From Geosiphon pyriformis uo1 (lineage: Eukaryota > Fungi > Glomeromycota): DNA of 64,000 nucleotides. Of this stretch, positions 14,072 to 25,299 are shown piece after piece. Numbering within the stretch: position 1 is the stretch's first letter; each line of letters begins with the position of its first letter. Location of the stretch: NCBI GenBank assembly GCA_016748015.1, contig JAAOMT010000009.1:1-64000 (forward strand), read 5' to 3'. Position numbers and translations under genes: made by a program. The notes under the pieces were generated by a model. That model did no database searches. It was not told the origin of the DNA and was given only the letters and a program-made list of their open reading frames with translations.

Positions 14072-14769
14072 TTTCCAGAGAATTTGAATCATTTATTCAT
14101 AATCAAAACTGGTCTAAAAATTTTGAGAAATTGACAAATAAATAAGATATCAAATTGAAAACACAAAGCTAATTAAGAAAATATTACAAACTAACTTAAT
14201 CAAATGTTAAATAAATGTACTTGTAGGCTGCGTTAAAATCAATATTAGTATCATTCCCTATGTTTTTTTTTAGTTTTACTTATTTTAGGAAATTTTCCTC
14301 TATTACCAATAATTCTTCCCATTCTTTGAACAAATTAAATCCTAAAGTTAAATATTTAAGTAGGCTCATTTTTTTTGACTCATTTTGTAATAAACCTTTT
14401 ATTCATTTCAATAAAAATATGCGGTTTCAAACCTTAAAAATCTTGAATTAAAAATTGGCTTCAAGTTTCTTTCTTTGTTTACTTGTAAACATCCTTTTTG
14501 AACCAATTTTCTTAACCTTGAGGGTTAGTGGTTAAATTAGAATGACTAATTTGCGTCTTAACAATACTTAATTGCATGATATCAACACCATCGCGATCGG
14601 TGGTTCCTTACCTGGACAAAATGCAAAGGCGATCCTTAATCTTTATTTTAATTAATAAATTTTCCGCAACGAGGGTGATATTAATCTTTGGTTGGATTGT
14701 GGGGGATAGGACCCGCTTATTAATTATTAATCAATATTAAATAATTTACTTTACATTTAAGACTTTTTT

Positions 14770-15986
14770 TTAAATATTCACAGCAAAGCACGGCCAAAAT
14801 TCAGGCATAGTCATGGTGCTTGGCACGGAATCAATCGTGACGCCTTCATCTCCTGATGCCTGTTGATTACGAGGTTTTAAATTTGGGAAAGCAAATAAAA
14901 AAATTTCTGTCAAAAAATGATACCTAGAGTCTAAAAAAAACTCATCACACTGCACATACGATACAATACGCCCATCTACGCAGCATTATTTCATTCAGGG
15001 AAAGATGGCCCTCATCTTCGAATTCGAAACAACCACGAGGATGGTATTTACAGGTATTCACATATTCGTCCTTGAGTGCCTCAAGGATGGCCTCATACTT
15101 TGACTTGAAATCAACCTAGAAGATATAAAAAGGGAATCTTTTGTTATCAAACTTGAAAAGGCTTAAATCATATACTTCATTGCATTACCGTTTTTTCCGG
15201 GTTAATGGGGTCATTTTGTTTCGAGGCTTGAGTTATCGACTGCTTTTCGGGTTTGATTATTGACTGGGCTGAAAAAAGTCCAGCAATGAAAACTTGTTAA
15301 AAAGATGAAAGATAAAATTTTTTTTAGCTTGATTGATGATTTTAACAGAACGCGGAAATTTATGTTACTTGTTTTCCTAGAAATTGTAGATTTCTTTAGA
15401 TTCAAAGTTTCTTCATTCTTAGATATAGGTTTAGAAGATCCTTGAACTTGTAAAGAAATTTTTCCTCTAGGCTTGAGTAATTTCGATTTTTGAGTTGAAT
15501 TCAACTTTTCTCCAGCAAATATTGTATGTGGTTTTCTGTTGTCTTGATATTAAACTCACAAATTCAATATTTTAGTTGGAATTTTTCAAGTATTTTTTGA
15601 CGCTCACTTTTCAATAATCTCTTTTCTGTCTCTGCCAATCGTAAAGAATTTGGGTCTACATTTTCCTTTTTATTTAACGACTCAAACACGTCTTCATCGG
15701 AATTATTGTGCTTAATCTTTCTCAATTCGTATTGAACCTTTGGATCATCTCTAGCTAATTCCCAACTCGTACGCAAACCATGTGCCTCTTTTTGGTATTT
15801 TCCAAGACAGTAAAGCCACCATTCAATACTTGAAATTTTGTTAGTATTCGCTTTTAAGCGAATATAATTGGCAAGATTTTTCGCTGAAACCGGAAAAATG
15901 GAACCGTCTCGATTTTTCCACTCATTAGCTGCTGCAAGCCTTTCGTAGGCATGACCCACGATTTCACTCCTGCTTTTTTTACTCAT
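14770..15986 (-). CDS. Uncharacterised protein: tyrosine-recombinase-like core-binding (SAM-like) N-domain plus C-terminal CKYHPRGC...GHL module; paralogue A
   Basis: Predicted exons 15986-15608, 15542-15369, 15268-15189, 15115-14960 and 14859-14770, all phase-compatible (middle junctions less sure). The last two exons (156 and 90 nt) have the same lengths as in the paralogue at 22970-23925, with strong protein similarity. Confidence 0.8.
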
Positions 15987-16523
15987 AGATATAATTATCA
16001 GAGAGAACTGTTGAATCGCTAACCCCTCGACTAATATTATTTCCTGGTAAAGGAAATTTCTCTATCATTAAAAGAGGAAGAATTTTCTTTTTCGATTTTA
16101 TAAAGTTATTGATAGCCAATTTTCGCGCCTGCAATCAATCAAGTTTAAAGAAATAATGTTAAAATTTATCAGATTTTAATTTGTAATCTTATCCGCTACT
16201 GAATGATACCGAGCCTCGATAAATTCTAAAAATTTTCATGCCCACAGTTTCAGTTTCGAAATTACATGTTTTATAATTTCAAAATCATTTTATCGGTTAA
16301 ACTATTTTAGCGCAGAACTGTGCATCATTTGATTTTTTTACATTACTTCATTATGCGCTTTTTTATAAATCAGATGTGACGAAATGGTTCGAAACCTTAT
16401 CAGGACATCAGCAAAAATAAAAAAGGGCTAAATTGTTGTCCATAATAAAAATTTTAGTACGCCAATATCCAAAACTTCATTCTTTTTCTCGCACATTGCT
16501 TGTAAATTTTCTCGTTATTTAGG

Positions 16524-17969
16524 ATGACCACCGAGTATACCGCATTTCTCAGTTGGATGAATTCGCACAAATTCGTCACCAAACGGTTGACAAGTTTCAC
16601 CGATCTTGCTGATGGCGTAGCCTTCGGTCAGTTGCTCTATTGCTTAGACGCTGAGTCGTTCAAACCCTGTGAGCAATATTGTACGTTGGAATTCAACAAA
16701 ACAAACTGGAAACTTCAATATATCCACCTCGCTGAAATATACGTTTTGGTGATGCAATATTTCGAACGTGAAAAGCCAGATCTACTTTTGCCTCTTACAA
16801 ACATGGAGCCGCCCAATGTATATGCGATTGCACGAAATAGCGATATTTCAGAGCTGCTCAAATTATGCTATTTTATCTACATGATTGATTTAATTGTAAA
16901 TTGTACGACTGAACGCCTCAAAGAATGCATGCCTCTTACAAACTCTGAGGCATCTGACAGAGTGGAGTTTTTGATTATTTCACCATCTTCGCCATTCGAA
17001 CATCTGGTTTTGAAATTGCATCAAACCATTCAACATAATCATGATCAGGATGATTTGTTAGAGCATACCCAGAATGATGATGCCCTAAACGAGCTAAATG
17101 ATCTCCAACAAGAAAATCTTGAATTAGAGGCAGAGAACAAACTTGTGCAAACAAAATGTGAATATTTGAAGATAAAATTGGAAGAGGAAAAAACTAAAAT
17201 AGAAAATCTTAATAAATCCATTTCCTCACTCAAACTAGAGAAGTGGAAATTTCAAAATAAGCTCAATGAATTAAATAAAGAATTCGAATATGTCAGAGCA
17301 CAAGCAGACGAGGCTGTGCACTTGAAAACAGAAATCAAAATGCTAAAAGGAAAACTTCAAGATTCAGAGGAGCAGAATGCACATCTAATCTCAATGGTGG
17401 ACAAAAGTCGAGAAGAGGCTTTACAATTGGAACTCGAGTTAAAAGAGTCCGCAAAACATATGCAACAAATCGAAATTACGTGTCAAGAATTCGAAAATGC
17501 TAATAACAGCCTTGGGGTTGAATTGATGCAGAATAAAAAAAAATGCCAAGAATTACTTTTAAAGGAAACAGAAAATGCAGCTTTAAATAAAACGATGAGG
17601 GAACATGAAACTGTTGGTAAGTCTTCAGAGATGCGATTCTTGCAAGTTTCAATAATCTATTATTGAAAAAACTTTTTTTTGATTGATCGTTTCAGCCATC
17701 GAGTTGTTGAGACGAATCAAAAAGCTTCAAAGCGAGAAAGAACACCTGCAAGAAATATTAGAAAGGAAGGATTATCTAATTTCTAGACAGCAGTAAGTTT
17801 TACCAAATTTGGAATTCTTGTTTTTGATGAATTTAATCCTCCAACATTGCTGTCTGATAATTATTTTAGGGTTGGTTGGGGACCTAACGAGCGTTCTTCC
17901 TTCTCATTTGCCATGCTCGAATTCATTTGTGGACAATTTGGAATATTTTTTGACGAGTCTGGAAACTAA
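16524..17969 (+). CDS. Hook-like protein: N-terminal calponin-homology (HOOK_N) domain plus coiled coil
   Basis: AFLSWMNS...DLADGVAFGQLL...NWKL...PNVYAIARNSDISELLKL matches the Hook domain, followed by a long E/K/L heptad region. Exons 16524-17616, 17696-17792 and 17870-17969 (GT-AG, in frame). Confidence 0.75.
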
Positions 17970-18992
17970 ATCCCTTGAGTCAAAGGTTTGCTGTTCCAAA
18001 GAACCTGGAAGAGCAGTAAATATCTCGTTCGGTTGGTTAAATAGATATCTTGAAAGCAATTGTCAATCTGTACATTTTTTCTCAACAGATTATCATAAAT
18101 ACACTTTATGTTTTTGATCCGAATGCATTTATCGCATCTCACATTTCATACTAGCTGAATTTATAAAAAGTTCCCTCTAGATTCAATCTTCATTTCATAG
18201 ATTTAACTGTGGTTATCATCAAAACAATAAAAAATCAAATTAGTGAATGTGTCATTTTTAGAGAAGGTTGATATTTAATGTTCAAGTACAGGTTAAATAT
18301 TGAGATGATTTTTCTGCTACAAATGCCATTTTTCAAAGGTGTTATTCGAGCGAATATAAATTAAATTTTTAGTGTTATGAATAAAAACTGAGTAGACAAC
18401 ATTTTTCCGTCATTAAAATTCTAGGGTAAGAGATAGTTGATGACTATTATAGGCTTCTCCCGGGATAAGCTGCTCCTTTTTGTGTGGAGCGGTAAATGAA
18501 TTCATATTACGTGTTTAGAGAGATATTTTAATAAAATCCTCAAAAAAAACAATATTCATTCAAATAGTAAGATGAAAGAAAAAAAGATTATTCTTGTAAC
18601 ATAAACCATGAGTTTTTACCCCCTAAATCAGTAGAATTAGCCTAAGAAGAATCCTAATAACTAATTTATCAAAGTTAAAAACGGAAGCTTATATAGGAAG
18701 CTCTGATTTTAAGATATATAGCAGTGATGGGATTAGCCGTTTTTTCCAAGGTTTTCATTCAAGCAAACTTAATATCAAGTATATGTCTAAATATTCTTTT
18801 CATTGTGCTACCCATTTTGTAATAGCTATGAACTTTTTCCACCAAATTTAGAAATCTTTGTAAAACAATCTACTAAAAATGATTCTTTTTAGAATCTCTG
18901 GGAATCGCAAAATTTCTATAAGTAAAGTTCTTTTTCAAATAGGTTGGATTTTAGTAATGCAGAAGTTATATTCAGACAAAAATACAACGTCC

Positions 18993-19847
18993 TCAATGAT
19001 TAGACTTGAATATTGTTGCCAAACAATCCAGGGACTCATCATAATTCATCTGAATCAATTTTCGGTAAACCTTGATTGCGGCGTGAACATCAAGCTGTGT
19101 GCCAAACCCAGCTTGATAGCAAAATCCTAAACTATAAAAACTCGTTGAACTACCAATATCAAAGCAAGCTTCTTGTTGGGAAGCACATTTATACCAATAA
19201 ATTGCTTTTCTTGCATCTCGCCTAATTCCTTTTCCCCTTAAATATGCATCGCCAAGAAAACTCTGTGAGAACGATTCTCCAGCCTGAGCACCTTTTTGGA
19301 ACCATCTTACAGCCTCAGCATGGTCTTTATTTGTTCCAACTCCATAGAAATAACAGGATCCAACATTAGTTTGGCCAAACACATTTCCACCTTTAGCAGC
19401 ATTTGAATAATGAAAAAATGCTTTTTCGGAATTTTGTGGACAGCCTATTCCTTCTTGATAACATCCGCCTAATTCATTCTCAGCTTGCAAATCCCCTCGG
19501 TCTGCCGCAATCTCGTACCATTTAAATGCATTTCCCGGATCTTGTGCGGTCCCGATTTCCCAGCGAACTAAGAAGGCGAGGCAGTAAATGTTGCTGGGGT
19601 CGGCATCTTTTTCTTTTTCTAATTCTACGAATAACTTTTCAGGATCAAGTGACTCTGAATTAAGCCATTGATGGATACGCTTTACGATATGTCTATCTTC
19701 TTCGAAACAACTATTTCCCTGGTTGATTATTTCACGAAGATTACCTAAAATGGAATCACCAGTAAACAGGGTGTCACCTGGAGAGTTTGGTGAATCAAAT
19801 ATCCTAGTTTTACTGATCCCAATTTCAATTTTTGTCTGATCTTCCAT
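18993..19847 (-). CDS. SEL1-repeat protein
   Basis: About five Sel1 repeats (AFKWYEIAADRGDLQAENELGGCYQEGIG; AVRWFQKGAQAG; AIYWYKCAS). First ATG (MEDQ) at 19847; the ORF-track start is a non-ATG extension. Confidence 0.9.
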   Translation of the reverse strand: MEDQTKIEIGISKTRIFDSPNSPGDTLFTGDSILGNLREIINQGNSCFEEDRHIVKRIHQWLNSESLDPEKLFVELEKEKDADPSNIYCLAFLVRWEIGTAQDPGNAFKWYEIAADRGDLQAENELGGCYQEGIGCPQNSEKAFFHYSNAAKGGNVFGQTNVGSCYFYGVGTNKDHAEAVRWFQKGAQAGESFSQSFLGDAYLRGKGIRRDARKAIYWYKCASQQEACFDIGSSTSFYSLGFCYQAGFGTQLDVHAAIKVYRKLIQMNYDESLDCLATIFKSNH

Positions 19848-20149
19848 AATAAATTGAAATTTTTGCTTCACTATATCTACAATGTATTGAAATTGGTCAA
19901 ATAACAGCTTTTTTAAATAAATGATGAATTCGAACCGCAAGCAACCTAAACTTGGAAAATTCACGTGAAAATTTTACACAGATGCTGTACACTATCTCCA
20001 AAAAGTAACGCCTAATTCGTATGTGTAACCATTTTTCCTTTTGAGGTTTTTTACTTTTTACGACTTGATAAAAATTATCATATCGTTATGCAAAAAAAAT
20101 GACGTATGCTCGTACACAGCTTAACGAAAAAGGGAAGATTCTGAAATAC

Positions 20150-20700
20150 ATAGAACCATAAATGCCGCTCAAACCGCAAAAATGCTTGGAGGTGACCCCA
20201 CAACAAATGGCCGCTTTATTATCAAGTACAAAAGAACAAGAACAGGAAAAAGTAAAACTTACCACGTTCCAGAAGACCACCAGTTCTTTGCCACTACGAA
20301 AATATTTACTTGTATGTAAAGCCAACTAAAAATGACATCTCCACTCCACAGAATTGTCAACAATTTAGGTCTTTCAACTGCCGCAGCAGATGAACTGTAC
20401 AACTCTAGACTTTATTCACGTATCAAGGCAGCAAAGAAACCCTATATCTCAAAATGCTTATACACGTCTTAGGTGGTGCGAGAAAAATAAACACAAAACC
20501 GCTAAGATTGGGCAAAATTTATATCCTCCAATGAATCGAGTATGGAAATTGGGAAGTAATCACGAGAACCAAGAGTTTGGCGGCACAATGGAGAGAAATT
20601 GCTTGGCCCCTACTTTCAAAAGTGGACGGAGATCCGTAATGATTGGGGGTTAAAAGGACCATTAGTATTATATGATGAATGAAAAAAATGGTGAAAAAAT
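20150..20700 (+). mobile_element. Tc1-like transposase relic
   Basis: Broken frames contain RLRWC, a degenerate SDES-like motif and CLAPTFKSGRRSVMI(W)G, typical of Tc1 DDE transposases. Confidence 0.7.
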
Positions 20701-21389
20701 AAATTCAAATACTTTGAAATTTGATGCCCTGTTCTCGAAGAGGTCATTGCCTCAACCCTCCTTGGGATTGAGGGCCAACAGAGTATTAATTGTATATAAT
20801 TTTTTATTTGATGTAAATTGTCAAAAAAAAAATCAAATGGAAAAGTATCGAAATTTTTGTATTCAATTTTAAATTGGGCGTTACTTTTTGGGACTGTAAA
20901 TTCAATCAAGCCCCAAATGCTCATCAAGGAACTTAAGTGGCTAGTTATTTTTACAAATTCATTTTAGCTTTAAAGTTTAAATATAAATTTCTTTATTTTC
21001 AACTCTACAATATTTTGGTTAAATTTGTGGTTTGATGTTAAGGATTTCAAAAAATCGATTATTTATACAAAATTGAGGTTTAATGTACTCACGTCAAATG
21101 TGTAGCAATTTTTAAATAAGAGCAAGTTTCTATATCATTCGCATTTTTTTTAATAAATTTATCGGAATCCTCTTTAAATCTCGAATATCTTACATTGAAT
21201 TTTATGAGGCCATAGGTAAATGAAATACAATTTTTAAAATGACAAATATCGTTTTTATTTTTTGGCATTATTAAAATAATAATTTTTATTGTGCTCAGTT
21301 AGATCACCCAGCGAACGAAAAGAGCTAAAGATAAATAAAATAATTTGTTCTTCATTTGACAAACGTTTTTAACCAATTTTTTTACTTCA

Positions 21390-22260
21390 ATGCCTCGGAT
21401 TTCATAAGAAAAACGCTCCCAAATATATACACTGTGAGAAGAAAGATATACGGTCTGCGAAATTGCTGCATCAGGGCAGGTAGCCCCGGCTTCGGTCTAA
21501 ACATCTGCAAAAATAAAGAAAAATCAGGAACTTTAATGACAAACCAAAACCTGGTCACTCTTTTGGATCGTCATAAACGGAATGCCGTCTTACTGATAAC
21601 ATCTGGAAAATATTCTACTGCCTTTGAAGTCCAACACCAACTCCAAACTGGCCTAGGAGTCCATTTACCGGTGGAAATTATATGGCGTATACTCCGGCAG
21701 CATGGATTATGTGCCAGAATTAAGTGATGCCTCACACCTAAGCACAAAAATGTCGACTCGCTTGGTCAAAAAAATACAGTTGATGATTGGCGACAAGTAG
21801 TCTAATCTGACGAAAGCAAGTACCAGTTATTCAGGTCGGATGGGCAAAATTATTGTTGGAAGATGCACGGTGAGTGATTGAAAAATTGCCATATTACCCA
21901 ACTGTAAAATTTAGTAGTCACTCAATTATGATGGAGTTGGTGAGCCCCGAAAAATTGACGGCAGATGATTACGGAATAAAAATATATATCTATTAAATTC
22001 ACTTTTGGAGACAATGCTGGATAAGGACAAAAGTTTTTTTCAGCAAGTAAATGATCCGAAACACACTTCGATTGAACATCTCAGTCACCTGACTTAAACC
22101 CAATCGAGCATTTATATAATGACTTCCTGGTCTACTTTCCAATTACAAATTGCCTGGAATAGCATCAAAATTGATTCTTGTGAAAAGGTTAATTGATTCA
22201 ATGCCAAAGAGGGTTATGGATTTGATAGAAGCAAAAGGTGGAAACGAAGATCATTAGTCT
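21390..22260 (+). mobile_element. Tc1-like transposase pseudogene (near full length)
   Basis: HTH-region ORF, then WRQVV*SDESKYQLFRSDGQNYCWK, FQQVNDPKHTS, QSPDLNPIEHL and IDSMPKRVMDLIEAKGG, with frameshifts and stops. Confidence 0.9.
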
Positions 22261-22969
22261 TAGTTTGATAATATATAATGTGTTTTTTTAGCAGCTTCTA
22301 ACATTTACTTAAGGAGAATCTTGTCATTAAATGTTATTTTCCAAATCGGTCACTATACACTGAATGTAAATTTTGAATTTTAATTATTTTTCATTTAAAC
22401 AATAGAAAAAATTAAAATGTACTTAAGCCACGTGCAATTCTTCAATGGCGAGATATTCGGGTCTCGCCATTTCTTTCTCATGTTTAGTTTCTTCTGTGAG
22501 GAACTGTAAACCATTTTATGAATGCTCATTGGAATTCAAGTTTTTTTTTTACAAAAGAAAACCAACATTAATCAAGAGAGCATCGTTTATTATAGCATTT
22601 GAAAACTGTAAATCTTGCAAATAACCAGATCAAAACTTTCCCCCACCCATGATGGAGTTCAGGATGACTAAATATTCTATTCATTGGATATCAACCAGCA
22701 AAAGATTTTGAGATTTGAGAATTCTTTTAATATAGACGGAGTAAGAAAATCAAAACCTATTTCTCTAGCAAACAACGCTGTAAATTTTTCTATGGAGCGA
22801 TTTTATCACTCAATTATAACATCATGGTTCAAGCAAAAAAATCCCTTTGATTTATTTATTGATGAAATAATGATATAAAAGAGGTTAGATTTCTTAAAAT
22901 TAACTAAGAAATTAAACCATTATTCGTAAAGACCATTTCATAAAAATCTGTAACTTGAAAAGGTGAGTC

Positions 22970-23925
22970 ATGATAGAAAACTCAACAAAAACCTTTAATA
23001 CAATTTCCCCAAGTGTACGGCAACGATGCCGAAACGCTGGGTATGCTTACCAAAAGCTAGCCTCGTCACACGGTTGGCAAAACCCAGATGGCAGCATGCT
23101 CCCTATATCAGCAGAAAATCTCACAAAATATATTAGGTACAAAGCATACACCAATAAAGCAAATAGTATTGACTGGTGGATTTATTGTTTGGGAAAATAT
23201 CACGATGAGACGCCTGGTTGGAATGCACGTTGGGAAAAATCAAGGAATGATCCCAAGGTTCAACAGATTTTAAGAGAAATTAAGAATAAAAGTGAAAACT
23301 CGGTGGTCATATTTAAGAAGGCCAAAATAAAACCGAAGAAACAGGAAACACAAGGTGAATTAGCAATGAAGAAAGTGAATGAGGGTAAGAATTTTTGTTA
23401 GGTTTAATGTTTATCTGCTCAAATCAAACGAATATTCTGTAAAGTTGACATTTCAGGTATCACAAAGAAATCTTGCAACATTGAGCTTGACATGTTACAG
23501 CCTATGAAAAAATCCAAACCACTTGTAAGCTTCATTAACTGTGGCCCATTTTTTCAAATCTCAATTTGAACTTTAAAAGACCTCGAAATTTAAATTTCAG
23601 AAAAATATTAAGCCAACATATGAAAGCATTCTGGAATCCTTAGAAAAAGAATATGTTGGGAAGTGCAAATACCATCCTATGGGGTGTTTTGAATTTGAAA
23701 ATGGCGGACATTTAAAACTCACAGAAGCAATGCTTCGTAAATGGGCATATTGTATTGTGAGTATTTCACTCTTGTCTTTTTAAATTAAAATTTTTTTATA
23801 AGTCAATTTAACATATATGCCAAAACTTTTTTTAGTCGTTTGGGGATGAGAATGTAACAAAAGATTCTTTACCTTACACTTTGAGCATGCCCGAGTTCTG
23901 GCCATGTTTTGCGAAAGATATATAA
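22970..23925 (+). CDS. Uncharacterised protein: tyrosine-recombinase-like core-binding N-domain plus C-terminal CKYHPMGC...GHL module; paralogue B
   Basis: Exons 22970-23384, 23457-23524, 23601-23756 and 23836-23925 (GT-AG, in frame). Shares W.N.DGS..P.SA.NL..YIR.KA.TNK..SI.WW.YCLGKY and MPEFWPCFA with paralogue A. Confidence 0.85.
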
Positions 23926-24244
23926 AAAAAGGACTCGAGAAACTAATGCTTTGAAAGAAAGTTTGATCATATCAATATCCACATAAGAAGCTCAATGCTA
24001 ATGTGTACTGATCTCGGTCATCTCGCCGAAACGCTCATTTTTTTCATTTTTTAAAAATGATTTATCTTTACAGATCAAAGGATTTTCACTAACCATTTTG
24101 TGGATGGTTGTGGGCGGTTGGCCAACGCCATCCCAATGAGGCTTGAATAATTATATGTGGCGATCATTAAATACTTGGGATAAATTCTATCTCATTATTA
24201 AATGATCCAGAAACATTTTTAACTATTACAAAATGTGGGGAAGT

Positions 24245-24332
24245 CGGATGGACTGTAATATATCAATAATAGGCAATACTAAGTACAATTACTATTTCCT
24301 GCATGATCTTCAAAGAGAATCAATGCTCCATC
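24245..24332 (-). ncRNA. Putative omegaRNA scaffold overlapping the Fanzor 3' end
   Basis: GATGGA (24332-24327) pairs with TCCATC (24252-24247). Internal stems are GCAT(T)GATtCTC/GAaGATCATGC and AATAGTA/TATTATT, with possible GTAAT/ATTAC pairing. It overlaps the stop codon (24281-24279), as known TnpB/Fanzor omegaRNAs do. Confidence 0.6.
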
Positions 24333-25036
24333 AAGCAATGTCCGGAGTAAAAATTCCTAGAATGTCATTTTCATTTCTATCTGTTACAGTTCTACAATTT
24401 TGGCAGTTATACATCTCAGATCTTTTAATGTTTTGGATGTTTTCACAACAACTGCAAGTCTTGAATGTATAAGCTTCATTTTGAATGATAATATGAACTT
24501 CCAATTCTCTGCTTTGGCTATTAAATATTGTTGAAATTGATAATATGTTCAGCTAAGCATGTTTTCTGTTTTTTTTTGTATTTTTTTGTTTTTATACTTT
24601 CTTTTGTATCTTGCCGCTCATTATTCTTGCATTCTGCAAATAAAGACAATTTTAATGACAAAAATGTTCTTGACTAGCTCATATTCATTAAAGATCAACT
24701 TATTGAAAAAGATAATTATGTTAAGTAATCATAATTTGTATGATCCTTTTGCAACTTGCTTGTTCCAATAGGACTTTTAGAAGCTACTTTTGTTCAAAAC
24801 CCTCTTTGCTTGGCATTAAAAACATGTGCATATAAATAATCTTTTTTGAAGATGATGATAGTAGTAATAGTAATGGTGGTGGAGTAGTAAGATTAACATT
24901 TTGAGAAGCTAGCTCAGAAAAAAAGAGAAAGTAAAAAGGTGGCTTTTATAATCCAGAGAAAATCAAGAATAATAAAGCGAAAAAAAAGGTATATGCTTTC
25001 ATTACTTAACTTTTTATGGCAACAGTCAGGAAACGG
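24245..25036 (-). mobile_element. Internally deleted, mutated Fanzor2/IS607-TnpB-like element
   Basis: Minus-strand translation, with stops and frameshifts: S(P)YWNKQVAKGSYKL*L (N-terminal PYWN...LWLP motif, ~24725-24775), then MLS*TYYQFQQYLIAKAE.LEVHIIIQNEAYTFKTCSCCENIQNIKRSEMYNCQNCRTVTDRNENDILGIF.LRTLLDG (EAYTSK motif, CxxC...CxxC zinc ribbon, RuvC-III DRDxNGARGI). CCG lies at both inferred ends. Confidence 0.85.
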
Positions 25037-25259
25037 CGACAGCGGGGTGATGTCAAAAGGGGCAAATAATAAGTAACACTAGTAATTTGTAATTTTTAAC
25101 ATTTGGTTCAGCTATTGAATTTCGGTTTCTCATGACATTCTTAAGCTACCATCATCAGAATGAATCTCGGAGAACTTAAATTCTATCCGATCGTTGATGC
25201 ATAAATAAATAGGGAACTTACGTTATATTGCTACTTAGTTGATCCCATCGGAACCCATA

Positions 25260-25287
25260 ATTCACGGATTTCCGTGAATACGCTAGT
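25260..25287 (+). mobile_element. Helitron-like 3' terminus (hairpin plus CTAG|T)
   Basis: Perfect inverted repeat ATTCACGGA-TT-TCCGTGAAT (25260-25279), followed 3 nt later by CTAG and T. The 5' end was not identified. Confidence 0.5.
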
Positions 25288-25299
25288 TGCAAAGAGGAG

